Virus record (IMG/VR): IMGVR_UViG_3300006467_000197
Origin: an uncultured virus (IMG/VR IMGVR_UViG_3300006467_000197)
Taxonomy: Duplodnaviria > Heunggongvirae > Uroviricota > Caudoviricetes
Strand: one strand, 5' to 3'
DNA length: 64,000 nucleotides
In this document: positions 46,561 to 55,260 of the stretch, one piece after another
How positions within the stretch are numbered: the stretch's first letter is position 1
Layout of the letters: each line of letters starts with the position of its first letter
Notes under the pieces: model-generated
What the model saw: only the letters and a program-made list of their open reading frames with translations
Told to the model about the DNA's origin: nothing
Database searches by the model: none
Translations under genes and position numbers: made by a program

Positions 46561-46677
46561 TCAGTCTTTGTTTCGGGCTTTGGTAAGAATAGCCAAGAGC
46601 CCGAAGATGGCAGCAGCCCCAACTACCAAAACAACCATGACTGTGATGTCAGTTCCTGCGATTTCGATTCTTGGCAT
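46561..46677 (-). CDS. Small membrane protein (38 aa)
   Basis: Not in ORF track; GGAGA RBS; MPRIEIAGTDITVMVVLVVGAAAIFGLLAIL. Confidence 0.6.
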   Translation of the reverse strand: MPRIEIAGTDITVMVVLVVGAAAIFGLLAILTKARNKD

Positions 46678-46909
46678 TTTTCAGTCTCCGTCTTCCTGAT
46701 TTGGCTAAGCGGCGCTCGTGCCGGTTTGTCGGCTCCAAAGAACTTTCGTAAGGAACCATATACTCACTTTCGATCTTGGCTTTATCACCAGTGATTGTGA
46801 TTGCTGGGACCTTGCAACTACATTTCGGATCAGTGCAATTTGCCATATGCTCTTGCTCACGCGTCAAAAGCGCCGCTGCAAGAGTTGAAAAATTAATGAC
46901 AGTCTTCAT
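46649..46909 (-). CDS. Hypothetical protein with NRHERR basic tail
   Basis: AGGA RBS. Confidence 0.7.
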   Translation of the reverse strand: MKTVINFSTLAAALLTREQEHMANCTDPKCSCKVPAITITGDKAKIESEYMVPYESSLEPTNRHERRLAKSGRRRLKNAKNRNRRN

Positions 46910-46930
46910 TGCACCAATCCTGTTCTACCT

Positions 46931-46946
46931 ATTTACCATGGTAAAT
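46931..46946. promoter_or_regulatory. Palindrome ATTTACCATGGTAAAT (copy 4)
   Basis: 16-bp perfect palindrome directly after the SWIM gene stop. Confidence 0.75.
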
Positions 46947-47533
46947 TACCACTTCCGTTTGCGCAATCCTTTGCGAACTCGGAAGATATGTTTGCACACG
47001 GCATTTCTCATTCGCGGGTTTGTTGTCTTTGGGGGCTCACCATTACCGAAAACAACTTCTGCAGCACCTTTGCGCCAAACAGCGTATTCCCACATGTATT
47101 TCCAACGTTCGCAATCACATGAAAAAACAATCTGAGGGCAGTCAATCAGACGGCCTTTATAGTTCGGATCGCGAGCATAGATAAGTTGGCGGTGATAGCG
47201 CCGCCCTTTCTCGTCTTTTGTAACTGTGATGTAAGACACGGCTTTGTTGCCAGTGCCCGGAAGCGTACCAAGCTTCGGATACTGCTTGCCTTTGAATGAC
47301 GTAACAGTGAAAACGTTATTGGCATTGAATATATCAGGACGATACGGCATGAGCTTGACAACTTGGTCAAGGCTAAGCCCTTGAGCCCGTTCCTTCAAGG
47401 GAAGGACAACAGGGCGCGAACGGATTGAAGGAATGCGAATTTGCCCCTTATTCCCGTGAGGCATTTTGCTTCGCTTGGTTTTGGAACGCTTTGCGGCGTC
47501 CGTCATAAACGGACGCCTTTTACGGTTGGCCAT
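46946..47533 (-). CDS. SWIM zinc-finger protein
   Basis: FSCDC..W.Y...NP.....CKH (CxC-n-CxH). Confidence 0.8.
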   Translation of the reverse strand: MANRKRRPFMTDAAKRSKTKRSKMPHGNKGQIRIPSIRSRPVVLPLKERAQGLSLDQVVKLMPYRPDIFNANNVFTVTSFKGKQYPKLGTLPGTGNKAVSYITVTKDEKGRRYHRQLIYARDPNYKGRLIDCPQIVFSCDCERWKYMWEYAVWRKGAAEVVFGNGEPPKTTNPRMRNAVCKHIFRVRKGLRKRKW

Positions 47534-47561
47534 TATCGAACTCCTGTAATCGAATATTCAA

Positions 47562-48806
47562 TTAGGCTTTTCTGATCCCGAGCTGCTTCACAAAGAACTC
47601 ACGGAGCGAAGACACAATGTCTACCGGCTCAATTCCGCGCTTCTTTAAATAATCAATAAGGTGACGCGGCGTGTAGTCTTCAGGAAGGTCCATGTACTCT
47701 TCCAGATCGAGCACACACAGAAAAGTGCTGATCGAATTGAGGTGGCCGTCAGCGTTTTGCCATGCCGCTGTATTTTCAGCTATCTGCTGAGCGAAGTCAT
47801 CTTCTTCCTGCGCATACGGATAATCGTCATCGCTGTAGAAGTCGCCGTCATCGTCATCTTCAAAGTCGTCATCGTCATAGTCGTCGTTTGCATCGAACGC
47901 GCGACGTGCACTGTTGATCGCCTCCCGGCTGATAAGGCTGTGCGATGCATCATCCATTTCTGAATTTTCAATCTCTTCATCCAGAACCGGAACAATGAAC
48001 TCGCCTTGCATGGTCTGGATGACAGAGCACTTCCCAGAAGCCAGAGGCTCTTGGAAATTGAAAATTCGTTCCAGCGGTGACTCGGGGATAGGATCAAGTT
48101 CGATCCCGTCGAGACCTTCGATAGTCACACCGCCCATTTCACCAGATAGCTCACTGTATTCTTCGACCGCACGGTCGCGTGCTTCCGGAGTGATACCTGT
48201 GAGCCTGCCCAATATGTTCTTTATTTCTTTTTTCATTTCTTTTTCGTTGTTGCTAAGGAAAGACCGGTGAAACCTGAGCCTGTCCTGTGAATTGCAGTAT
48301 TGCAGGCCTAAAGATAGCACTGCCTCAAGGTCAATGTAAGGGAGGGTGACGTATCCCTGATTTTCCGGGGCTTTAAGGTCTATATCTTCAGGGTCCAAGG
48401 TATTCCATACGCTGGCAACAAGGTTAATGGCGTCGGCTCTTTCTTCCTTGAAAAAATGCAAGGCGTCAACCTCTTTTGTCGAGAATACACCGAAGTAAAC
48501 CATCTGATCAGTTGTCAAATGGCCGAGGTGTGTAAGCGTAGCCATGTTTAAATTTTCAATGTCTTTGCTGACCGTAGCCATCCGTATCAGTGAAATGAGC
48601 GGCATGGAGAAAACAGTCATGTAGCAATCATTGTCTTTCAGGTAAGCTCGCTGCTTACCTGAAATAATAACGTTGGTGGTAGGTAATTGAGGCGCAACGT
48701 CATACTCTGAATGAGTGTTGTTCATATGTATCCTTCCGAAGAAGGGAACGACGTACTCAGTGTTCTCAAAGTTGATGTTCATTTGTGAATCCAAGATAGG
48801 AGGCAC
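47562..48806 (-). CDS. Acidic hypothetical protein
   Basis: 414 aa with DDYDDDDFEDDDD tract. Confidence 0.8.
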   Translation of the reverse strand: MPPILDSQMNINFENTEYVVPFFGRIHMNNTHSEYDVAPQLPTTNVIISGKQRAYLKDNDCYMTVFSMPLISLIRMATVSKDIENLNMATLTHLGHLTTDQMVYFGVFSTKEVDALHFFKEERADAINLVASVWNTLDPEDIDLKAPENQGYVTLPYIDLEAVLSLGLQYCNSQDRLRFHRSFLSNNEKEMKKEIKNILGRLTGITPEARDRAVEEYSELSGEMGGVTIEGLDGIELDPIPESPLERIFNFQEPLASGKCSVIQTMQGEFIVPVLDEEIENSEMDDASHSLISREAINSARRAFDANDDYDDDDFEDDDDGDFYSDDDYPYAQEEDDFAQQIAENTAAWQNADGHLNSISTFLCVLDLEEYMDLPEDYTPRHLIDYLKKRGIEPVDIVSSLREFFVKQLGIRKA

Positions 48807-49222
48807 GATTCAAGTTGTGCCAAGTTTTCCAGTGTAGGATTAAATTTAGCGGAATCTGGCATGAAAAATTGCCAAGTTCTGGAAAGTTGATGGAAAACTT
48901 CTTTCAAGGGATTGTAAATATTACACTTTGCCCGTGAGAAGCCAATCGTTTCGGCATACTTCAAACTGCGCTCAAGAGTATCAAATCCGACGATGGCAAA
49001 AACGTCTTGGTCGTACCTGTCACCGACTCTCTTATCATCCAGATCGATGATTGAATTTTCAGCTGGATCGTCAGGGAGAACAGGACGCAGTAGAACGATA
49101 AGTCCAAATTGCAGCTTTGAATTCACGTGAACCAGTGCTGTACGGCAAACGAGGTTTGAGCTTTCAGGCAATGTTAAAGGCTTGTTTTCAGATACCTTGA
49201 ATATTTTAAGAGAGTAGGACAT
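48779..49222 (-). CDS. Hypothetical protein
   Basis: Start moved to MSYSLK (GAGG RBS). Confidence 0.7.
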   Translation of the reverse strand: MSYSLKIFKVSENKPLTLPESSNLVCRTALVHVNSKLQFGLIVLLRPVLPDDPAENSIIDLDDKRVGDRYDQDVFAIVGFDTLERSLKYAETIGFSRAKCNIYNPLKEVFHQLSRTWQFFMPDSAKFNPTLENLAQLESCLLSWIHK

Positions 49223-49232
49223 TGTAAGTCCC

Positions 49233-49616
49233 TCATACTTGTGCGCGAAGATACGGCAGATGAGATTTGTTTGATAGGTGAATAGCAATCGAATTGGCTG
49301 CAGCGAAACGACTGAATGCATAAACGTCATTGAACAGAGCAACTGCCGCAAGCCTTGTACGGATTGCACTGGAAACAGAGACTTCTTTTTCTCCGCCTTG
49401 GGTAACCTTTGAGACGTATTCGAAGTGCGCTACAGGTGCAATATACGCAATGAATGAAAAATTCGGTTCGTTTTCCTCTTCACCCAGCTTTATGTGTGCG
49501 TGCAGCCAACGCATCTGTTCTTCGCGATCACAGATGCTCAACAATGTCTTGTACTGTTCCGCAGTGTCAGGATAGTTACCGTCTTTTGCGTCTATGAATA
49601 TTCTGTGCTTATACAT
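49233..49616 (-). CDS. Hypothetical protein
   Basis: Start MYKHRI after GAGG. Confidence 0.7.
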   Translation of the reverse strand: MYKHRIFIDAKDGNYPDTAEQYKTLLSICDREEQMRWLHAHIKLGEEENEPNFSFIAYIAPVAHFEYVSKVTQGGEKEVSVSSAIRTRLAAVALFNDVYAFSRFAAANSIAIHLSNKSHLPYLRAQV

Positions 49617-49623
49617 AATGCCC

Positions 49624-49800
49624 TCACGAAGCATTGTTGAATTCGATACCAAAGAGAAAGATCAAAGCATTAATTGCCCCAATGAGAATAAAGCCGACGA
49701 TGAGAGATTTGAAAATATAATCACTTATCGTCGGCTTTAGATTCCTCAAGATACCCTTACGCTCCTGCTCAATGAGTTCCTTGAGTCTTTCGTCGCCCAT
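49624..49800 (-). CDS. Small membrane protein (58 aa)
   Basis: Not in ORF track; MGDERLKEL...SLIVGFILIGAINALIFLFGI. Confidence 0.6.
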   Translation of the reverse strand: MGDERLKELIEQERKGILRNLKPTISDYIFKSLIVGFILIGAINALIFLFGIEFNNAS

Positions 49801-50024
49801 TATTCAACGCCGACCAAATTCATGACCAGCGGAAGGAACAGAAGCATAACCAAGATTGCAACAATTCCCATCATGACATACTTACCGATCTTTCCGGCGT
49901 TGTCGTAAGTCCAGCGGAGAACCGAAGTATCCTTGTAGAATTTTTCAGTTCGCTCTTTCATTGCCGCATCAATTTGTTCTGGGCGAGGGCTATTGCGGTA
50001 GGTTTGGTCCATATCGTCTTTCAT
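49800..50024 (-). CDS. Small membrane protein
   Basis: C-terminal TM. Confidence 0.7.
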   Translation of the reverse strand: MKDDMDQTYRNSPRPEQIDAAMKERTEKFYKDTSVLRWTYDNAGKIGKYVMMGIVAILVMLLFLPLVMNLVGVE

Positions 50025-50027
50025 GAT

Positions 50028-50459
50028 CTATGCGCCTTCCTTGGCAGCTTCAGCCGCCTCTTCTTTGTGAATTTCCTCTTTGAGAACAACGGCAATCTCG
50101 TGCTCAAGAGTTGATATTTTTTCAACTGTCTCTTCAGCGTCAGAGATTTCAAGAGCTTGCTTATGCTTCATATCGGTGACGTTATGCCGCAAAGCTTCCA
50201 GTTTGGAGTCATACCATTTGCGAAATCCAGAGTTTTGCGGGTCAACCAATTTGTTAGAAGGGTTGCCGGATTCAGTCAGCCTCATATAGCGAGTAGCTAC
50301 AAGGCGCCCACGGATGAAAAAATCCACCCGCATCGCTTCGGTGAAATTGACCTTTGCGGGCACAACACCCATAACCCTCTTCGTTGATATACTAGCAATG
50401 CGAAAAACTCGCCGCTGTTCGAACGTTACGTCCTTGTCTTGAAAAATTGAGTAGTCCAT
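50028..50459 (-). CDS. Hypothetical protein
   Basis: Coupled ORF. Confidence 0.75.
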   Translation of the reverse strand: MDYSIFQDKDVTFEQRRVFRIASISTKRVMGVVPAKVNFTEAMRVDFFIRGRLVATRYMRLTESGNPSNKLVDPQNSGFRKWYDSKLEALRHNVTDMKHKQALEISDAEETVEKISTLEHEIAVVLKEEIHKEEAAEAAKEGA

Positions 50460-50857
50460 TACGCTTTCTCCTGTTGCAGTGCATCTGTTTCTTCGATCAT
50501 GATTTTCAAAACGGATAAATAAAGTTCTGTTTCCTTACAAAGCCTTGTCATGTTTGTCCGCAACGCAGTGATAGCTTCCTTGCGGCTTGTCCACCACGGA
50601 GTTTTACACAATACAGATGCTGTGAACTCTACCTCGTGGTGCTCGTACCTTATACAGAGGGTTTTACCATCTAGGAAGGTGATACCTTGTATAATTGAAA
50701 TATCAGTTGGTAAGCGCCTGCCTGTAGGAGTTTGGTATTTGGTAATGGAACAAAGGTCCATAATACCGCGATCCAGATATGACGACCCCACCATTGCAGT
50801 AAAGACCAACTTACCCGGACCTAATTTTTCAACATTGTCAGCTGTTACTTGCATCAC
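50459..50857 (-). CDS. Hypothetical protein
   Basis: Coupled ORF. Confidence 0.75.
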   Translation of the reverse strand: MMQVTADNVEKLGPGKLVFTAMVGSSYLDRGIMDLCSITKYQTPTGRRLPTDISIIQGITFLDGKTLCIRYEHHEVEFTASVLCKTPWWTSRKEAITALRTNMTRLCKETELYLSVLKIMIEETDALQQEKA

Positions 50858-51204
50858 ATTTCCTTTCGCCTTTTGGGTTTACGCTCTGGGCGCGTAGCCT
50901 CGGCCTTCCTGCGCTTTTTCTTCTTCACTTTCTTCTTGGGGCTGAAGTGCCTCATAGCAGCAAAGAAGTCATCGATTTTTTCAAGCTCGGACATGGCCTC
51001 GCGGGCTTCCTCAAGTCCCTTTGTTGGGTCAATGTCTTTGACACCGACAAGAAGCGCAACAGTCATGTTCCTTTCACCGTCCAGTTGTTTGCACGAACTG
51101 TTGTTTTTGAAATAATCAAGGTTGGTTGTTGTGATACTACGGCGAACCATCGAAGCGAATTTTCTCATCGCTTCGATGGCTTGTTCATCTGTCATTTTCC
51201 GCAT
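50854..51204 (-). CDS. Hypothetical protein with basic tail
   Basis: KKKVKKKKRRK. Confidence 0.7.
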   Translation of the reverse strand: MRKMTDEQAIEAMRKFASMVRRSITTTNLDYFKNNSSCKQLDGERNMTVALLVGVKDIDPTKGLEEAREAMSELEKIDDFFAAMRHFSPKKKVKKKKRRKAEATRPERKPKRRKEM

Positions 51205-51210
51205 GAGAGG

Positions 51211-51996
51211 TTAAAGCTTGCCCGGTTCGAATGCAGACCGAATAGGGACCGGCATTTTTTCAGGGGAAGCCCGGTAGTGTGCCGGGTAACGCATAGGCGA
51301 AGTGTCGGACGAGATAACAAAGTCGCGTGCATTGTGCCAGACAGTGTATGTCGCAAACTCAGGCCGTACCGACTCTTCAAAGTCAATGAAAATTTCAACA
51401 GAACGGATTGCGGGTTTGTTACGGCTGATAGAATCATTGAACTTCGATTTCACCTCTCGGAGTTTAGCCTCAGCTTCTTCGATAGTCATTGAAAAATAAC
51501 TGTATCCGGTGACGCCTTCCTTGGTGCACTGTCCAGTCTCATCGATCCAGCAAAGGCCATAGCAACGGACGTACCAGAACACTTCAGTCTCCCTGAAGTT
51601 CCGGTTCTTCGGGACCGGAACTGACACGAATTTTTCAACCGGATCGACAATTTCAGGAAGCCACGAAAGGCGAGCGACGAACATCGCAATGTTGTCACGT
51701 GCAACTTCGGTCGAGGTTTTTCCTTCGGTCTTGGCTTGTTCATTCAAAATAGTAAACAACTGATCAGTACGCCCGCTGAGATTTTCGCGATTGAACTTGA
51801 AATTTTCAGTCATAGAGACCGCACCGCCGTCACCGATAGCGAAGTATGTGTAAGACGTGTAAGGATCGTCTGCCCAAAGACGGGGGTTACGGAGACGGTC
51901 ATAGTCTTCGATTGTCGGCTTATTCGGATCAAAATCGCCAGCGATCACGGCGGCAGCAGAGAGCGGAAGAAACGATGCTGATTGGTGGGCGTTCAT
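51211..51996 (-). CDS. Hypothetical protein
   Basis: AAGGA RBS; own promoter. Confidence 0.8.
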   Translation of the reverse strand: MNAHQSASFLPLSAAAVIAGDFDPNKPTIEDYDRLRNPRLWADDPYTSYTYFAIGDGGAVSMTENFKFNRENLSGRTDQLFTILNEQAKTEGKTSTEVARDNIAMFVARLSWLPEIVDPVEKFVSVPVPKNRNFRETEVFWYVRCYGLCWIDETGQCTKEGVTGYSYFSMTIEEAEAKLREVKSKFNDSISRNKPAIRSVEIFIDFEESVRPEFATYTVWHNARDFVISSDTSPMRYPAHYRASPEKMPVPIRSAFEPGKL

Positions 51997-52035
51997 GAAT
52001 ATTTCCTTGCTTGGTTGGGTGTTGTTGATAAGGCT

Positions 52036-52091
52036 ATTATCTCACTATATGCGAGGGTAGTCTAGATATGCCGCAAAGCCCGGAAAAACCG
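52036..52091 (-). promoter_or_regulatory. Sigma70-like promoter TAGACT-17-GATAAT with upstream CGGTTTTTCCGGGCTTT
   Basis: -35 at 52059-52064, -10 at 52036-52041. Confidence 0.6.
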
Positions 52092-52101
52092 AGGAATTAC
52101 C

Positions 52102-52518
52102 TTATTTCTTTCCTTGAATGGATTTGAGGCGGTCATCTGCCATCTTCGCAAATGAAAAATAGTCCTCGGCATCCATGTGGTGGCGGTTGCCTTCGACTTC
52201 TGCCTGCTTCCCCTCGAACATGAATTCATCACGAACCGCTTTTACTGCAGCCTCTTCAGAATCGTACCAGTCGAGGTTCGAGTGACTCTTCTGGCGCTGT
52301 TCTGAATATTTCATAGGCGTCAGCTTGCCAAGAACAGTGCGGGCCGGGAGAATGACCTTGCCGATTTGACCAACATCTTTCAGATGGATGGTTACACGCA
52401 AGGCAGTTTGAGTACGTATCACTTTCCCGTATTGATAAGCGCGGTACACCTTCTCGACTTTTGAAATATTAAAGACTTCTGGAGACAGTATTTCAGACGG
52501 GTTGTTTGACTTTGGCAT
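52102..52518 (-). CDS. Hypothetical protein
   Basis: ORF in operon. Confidence 0.75.
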   Translation of the reverse strand: MPKSNNPSEILSPEVFNISKVEKVYRAYQYGKVIRTQTALRVTIHLKDVGQIGKVILPARTVLGKLTPMKYSEQRQKSHSNLDWYDSEEAAVKAVRDEFMFEGKQAEVEGNRHHMDAEDYFSFAKMADDRLKSIQGKK

Positions 52519-52897
52519 CTTCTTCTCTTTTCAGTTTGATTGATTCAATCAGTTCCCACAACTGATGATCTGAGTGCTTGAACCACGCAGAACTATTCAA
52601 CCTCTTCAGGCGCTTGGTTGGGTAGGTTTGAATATAAAACACCTCCTCATCCCCATCAAGGCGCACATAGATGTGCAGGTGAATACCCAAACCGTTGATG
52701 TAGCGAATAGAGATACGATTCCCTCTCGATCCTGCAGAAGCCCCGTTCACTTTGAGTTTCTCGAATATTTTTTCAGCGTCTTCCAGTGTCAGGGATGAAG
52801 CTGAGAAGGTATCGGGGGTGTCGTACTTGTCCGTGAACTCATACGCCTTTTGAATAATAAAAGGAAACTCGTGGAGGTAAATTTGAAAGTCTTCCAT
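52493..52897 (-). CDS. Hypothetical protein
   Basis: GGAG RBS. Confidence 0.75.
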   Translation of the reverse strand: MEDFQIYLHEFPFIIQKAYEFTDKYDTPDTFSASSLTLEDAEKIFEKLKVNGASAGSRGNRISIRYINGLGIHLHIYVRLDGDEEVFYIQTYPTKRLKRLNSSAWFKHSDHQLWELIESIKLKREEDAKVKQPV

Positions 52898-52906
52898 GAC
52901 CGGCTC

Positions 52907-53167
52907 CTACATTCCGATCTTAAGCAAGACATAAGCATTGGCGTACTTTGCCTTTTCTTCCGGAGTCATACGATCAGCAATTGCTGAGAAAGCCCGGTTG
53001 ATTGATTTTTCAATTTCTACCAAGCTATTTGCAACCATCGTAGGTACAAGGTCATCAGCATCGATGCAGCCTTGCAGGAACTCGACTTCGCTGGCGACTT
53101 TGGTTTGAAGCGACGAAAGTTCGATAACAGTCTTCTTCTTGCGGGTGGGTGTTTTTGCACGTGTCAT
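52907..53167 (-). CDS. Hypothetical protein
   Basis: Coupled ORF. Confidence 0.7.
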   Translation of the reverse strand: MTRAKTPTRKKKTVIELSSLQTKVASEVEFLQGCIDADDLVPTMVANSLVEIEKSINRAFSAIADRMTPEEKAKYANAYVLLKIGM

Positions 53168-53526
53168 TATTTCATATCCTTAATATTAAGTTCTAGTTGC
53201 GATTCGGTTCCGTTCTTTATCTGCACAGTCAGTCTCTGACTTCCTCCCGCAAGCTTGGTTATTTCATCTGCAAGTTTGCCATAAAACTGAATCCGTTGTC
53301 CCGTCAGTCTTCCGTCTTCATCTACAACCCTTGCACCGACAACGGTTTTTGGGGTTGCGTATTCAATGTCACACAGAAAAGACAGTTCAGATGACGGATA
53401 AACTGGAATTCCTTCTTTAATCTTGAAAAAACCAGCGCTGGTTTCGATAGGCTCAAGCAAACGAATTACCTGTGCACGGCACTGTGGACAATGACATACG
53501 TCATCACTGAAAAAATCACTCGGCAT
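53167..53526 (-). CDS. Hypothetical protein
   Basis: Coupled ORF; CHCPQC. Confidence 0.7.
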   Translation of the reverse strand: MPSDFFSDDVCHCPQCRAQVIRLLEPIETSAGFFKIKEGIPVYPSSELSFLCDIEYATPKTVVGARVVDEDGRLTGQRIQFYGKLADEITKLAGGSQRLTVQIKNGTESQLELNIKDMK

Positions 53527-54013
53527 CTTTCTTCTCCAATTCTTCGATACGGGCCGCAGCTTCTTCCATAAGCAGGATCAGAGAGTTTTCAGACGGACGG
53601 CCAGAACCCACAGCACGACGGACTTTCGCCCTCGACCTTAATTTTTCAGTTATAGTCTGGATCGCTTCAGGCGGTATCTCACCCGTTTCAGGGAACCGCA
53701 CCGAGCGCCCGATAAGTTGATGAATAAGTTCCGGACCGTCATCCTTGTTGGTCAGAGCTTTCATAAGAAAAAGGTCAGACAACATGACTTGGGTATTGGA
53801 GAGCTTGAAGCCTTGCGAAAAAGTTAGACGCTTCGAGTACGGAATAAGCAATACTGAAATATGAGTATCGAGCTTGTGTTCGATAAACTCAATATAATCA
53901 CGCAGCGAATACGTATTGAGGTTACTAACAACGCGGACGTTGAACACTTTTCCGAACTCGCGGCACTTTTCAGTGACTTCAACGTCATCTACGAACATCA
54001 TGATATTTTTCAT
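53516..54013 (-). CDS. Hypothetical protein
   Basis: Coupled ORF; EAAARIEELE. Confidence 0.75.
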   Translation of the reverse strand: MKNIMMFVDDVEVTEKCREFGKVFNVRVVSNLNTYSLRDYIEFIEHKLDTHISVLLIPYSKRLTFSQGFKLSNTQVMLSDLFLMKALTNKDDGPELIHQLIGRSVRFPETGEIPPEAIQTITEKLRSRAKVRRAVGSGRPSENSLILLMEEAAARIEELEKKDAE

Positions 54014-54579
54014 TGCCCAGAATTCCCTGTAGTTTTGCCCATGTTGTGGAAGGCTTCGATGATAGTAATCTCTCCGCGCATGAACGAATTGACTGCAGCC
54101 CGTTGGTGCGGAGGCAATTCATCTGTTGTATCCGATATTTCTTGGAATTTTTCAATTGCAGCAGAAACATCGTCAGGTGTTGTGTCGCTGTCGAACATCT
54201 TTTGGAGAACACCTATAAAGAACCGGCTGTTCTTGCCGTTTTTGTCGATGCGTGCGGACTCCAAAAGCAATGACTCGGACATTGAATTTAAAAATTCGTA
54301 TTCCATCTGGAAACGCTTCAGCATCAAAAGCATCTGACGAATCGATTCCAGACCAGCAAAGAAGTACGCCTCTTCTTCTGATTTGTACCACGGCGTATCG
54401 ATGGCCATACGAGGAAAATATTCAGTAGCGAAGAACTTGCCGGGGATGAGTTGGGTAACCTTCATCCACCCATTCTCATCTTTGAAGCCCATGACAAGTT
54501 CGTACTTCAGCTTGTCACCGCCTTTCTCAAGACCAAGCTTGAGAACCCGGAAGCGAACTTCATCCTTTTTAATATTCAT
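54010..54579 (-). CDS. Hypothetical protein
   Basis: GAGG RBS. Confidence 0.75.
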   Translation of the reverse strand: MNIKKDEVRFRVLKLGLEKGGDKLKYELVMGFKDENGWMKVTQLIPGKFFATEYFPRMAIDTPWYKSEEEAYFFAGLESIRQMLLMLKRFQMEYEFLNSMSESLLLESARIDKNGKNSRFFIGVLQKMFDSDTTPDDVSAAIEKFQEISDTTDELPPHQRAAVNSFMRGEITIIEAFHNMGKTTGNSGQ

Positions 54580-54581
54580 TG

Positions 54582-55205
54582 TTATGCCTCGATCAGTTCT
54601 TTCACCGAAAGACCTTTAACGGCGAAGTGCTGAATCGAGCGATGCATTGCCAGAAGCTTGAGCAGCTCTTTCACATCTTTGAAATAAGCACTCGCCTTGT
54701 GCACCAAGGCGCCGTCTTCGTATTCAGTTCGGGAGGCGATGCTGTACCACGTACCGTCCGGATACAGATATTTGTGATCACAATGAACGTACCAGTGACC
54801 GGGAAAGGTGTGATCCAAAGAAACTTGAGAAATAGAAAGATCAGTGTCTTGGTTCATGACGCTGATAAGGCGTCGCAAGCGATCTTCCTGAATTGCTTCG
54901 ATCAGCTTTGTCAGGTCGGTTGAAATAAAACCGCGCCACAGGAAGGTGTTGAGCCACATCTTGTTGCCAGCATCACGATTGACCACCAAGTTGACGACAC
55001 GGCCATTGATTTGATCAATGTCGAGACCGATTGTGTAGTGATAAGCTTTGAAACTTGAAATAATACCGTCGATGAGAGTATCCGATAGCTCTGGGTCGCT
55101 GAAACACATCGAATGTACGGGACGTTCGAATGGAGCAATCTTGTACGCCGCTCGGATAAGGTTTGGGAAGTCTTCTTCGAAAACCTCAATGTAATTTTCA
55201 GCCAT
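54582..55205 (-). CDS. Hypothetical protein
   Basis: AAGGA RBS. Confidence 0.75.
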   Translation of the reverse strand: MAENYIEVFEEDFPNLIRAAYKIAPFERPVHSMCFSDPELSDTLIDGIISSFKAYHYTIGLDIDQINGRVVNLVVNRDAGNKMWLNTFLWRGFISTDLTKLIEAIQEDRLRRLISVMNQDTDLSISQVSLDHTFPGHWYVHCDHKYLYPDGTWYSIASRTEYEDGALVHKASAYFKDVKELLKLLAMHRSIQHFAVKGLSVKELIEA

Positions 55206-55260
55206 GACTTTTCCTTTCTCAATGGATGAACCTATAGGTTACCCAAGGGAAAGGATACGG

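Noticed and set aside
55229..55240. 12-bp palindrome AACCTATAGGTT
   Set aside because: Single occurrence with no supporting copies in the window.
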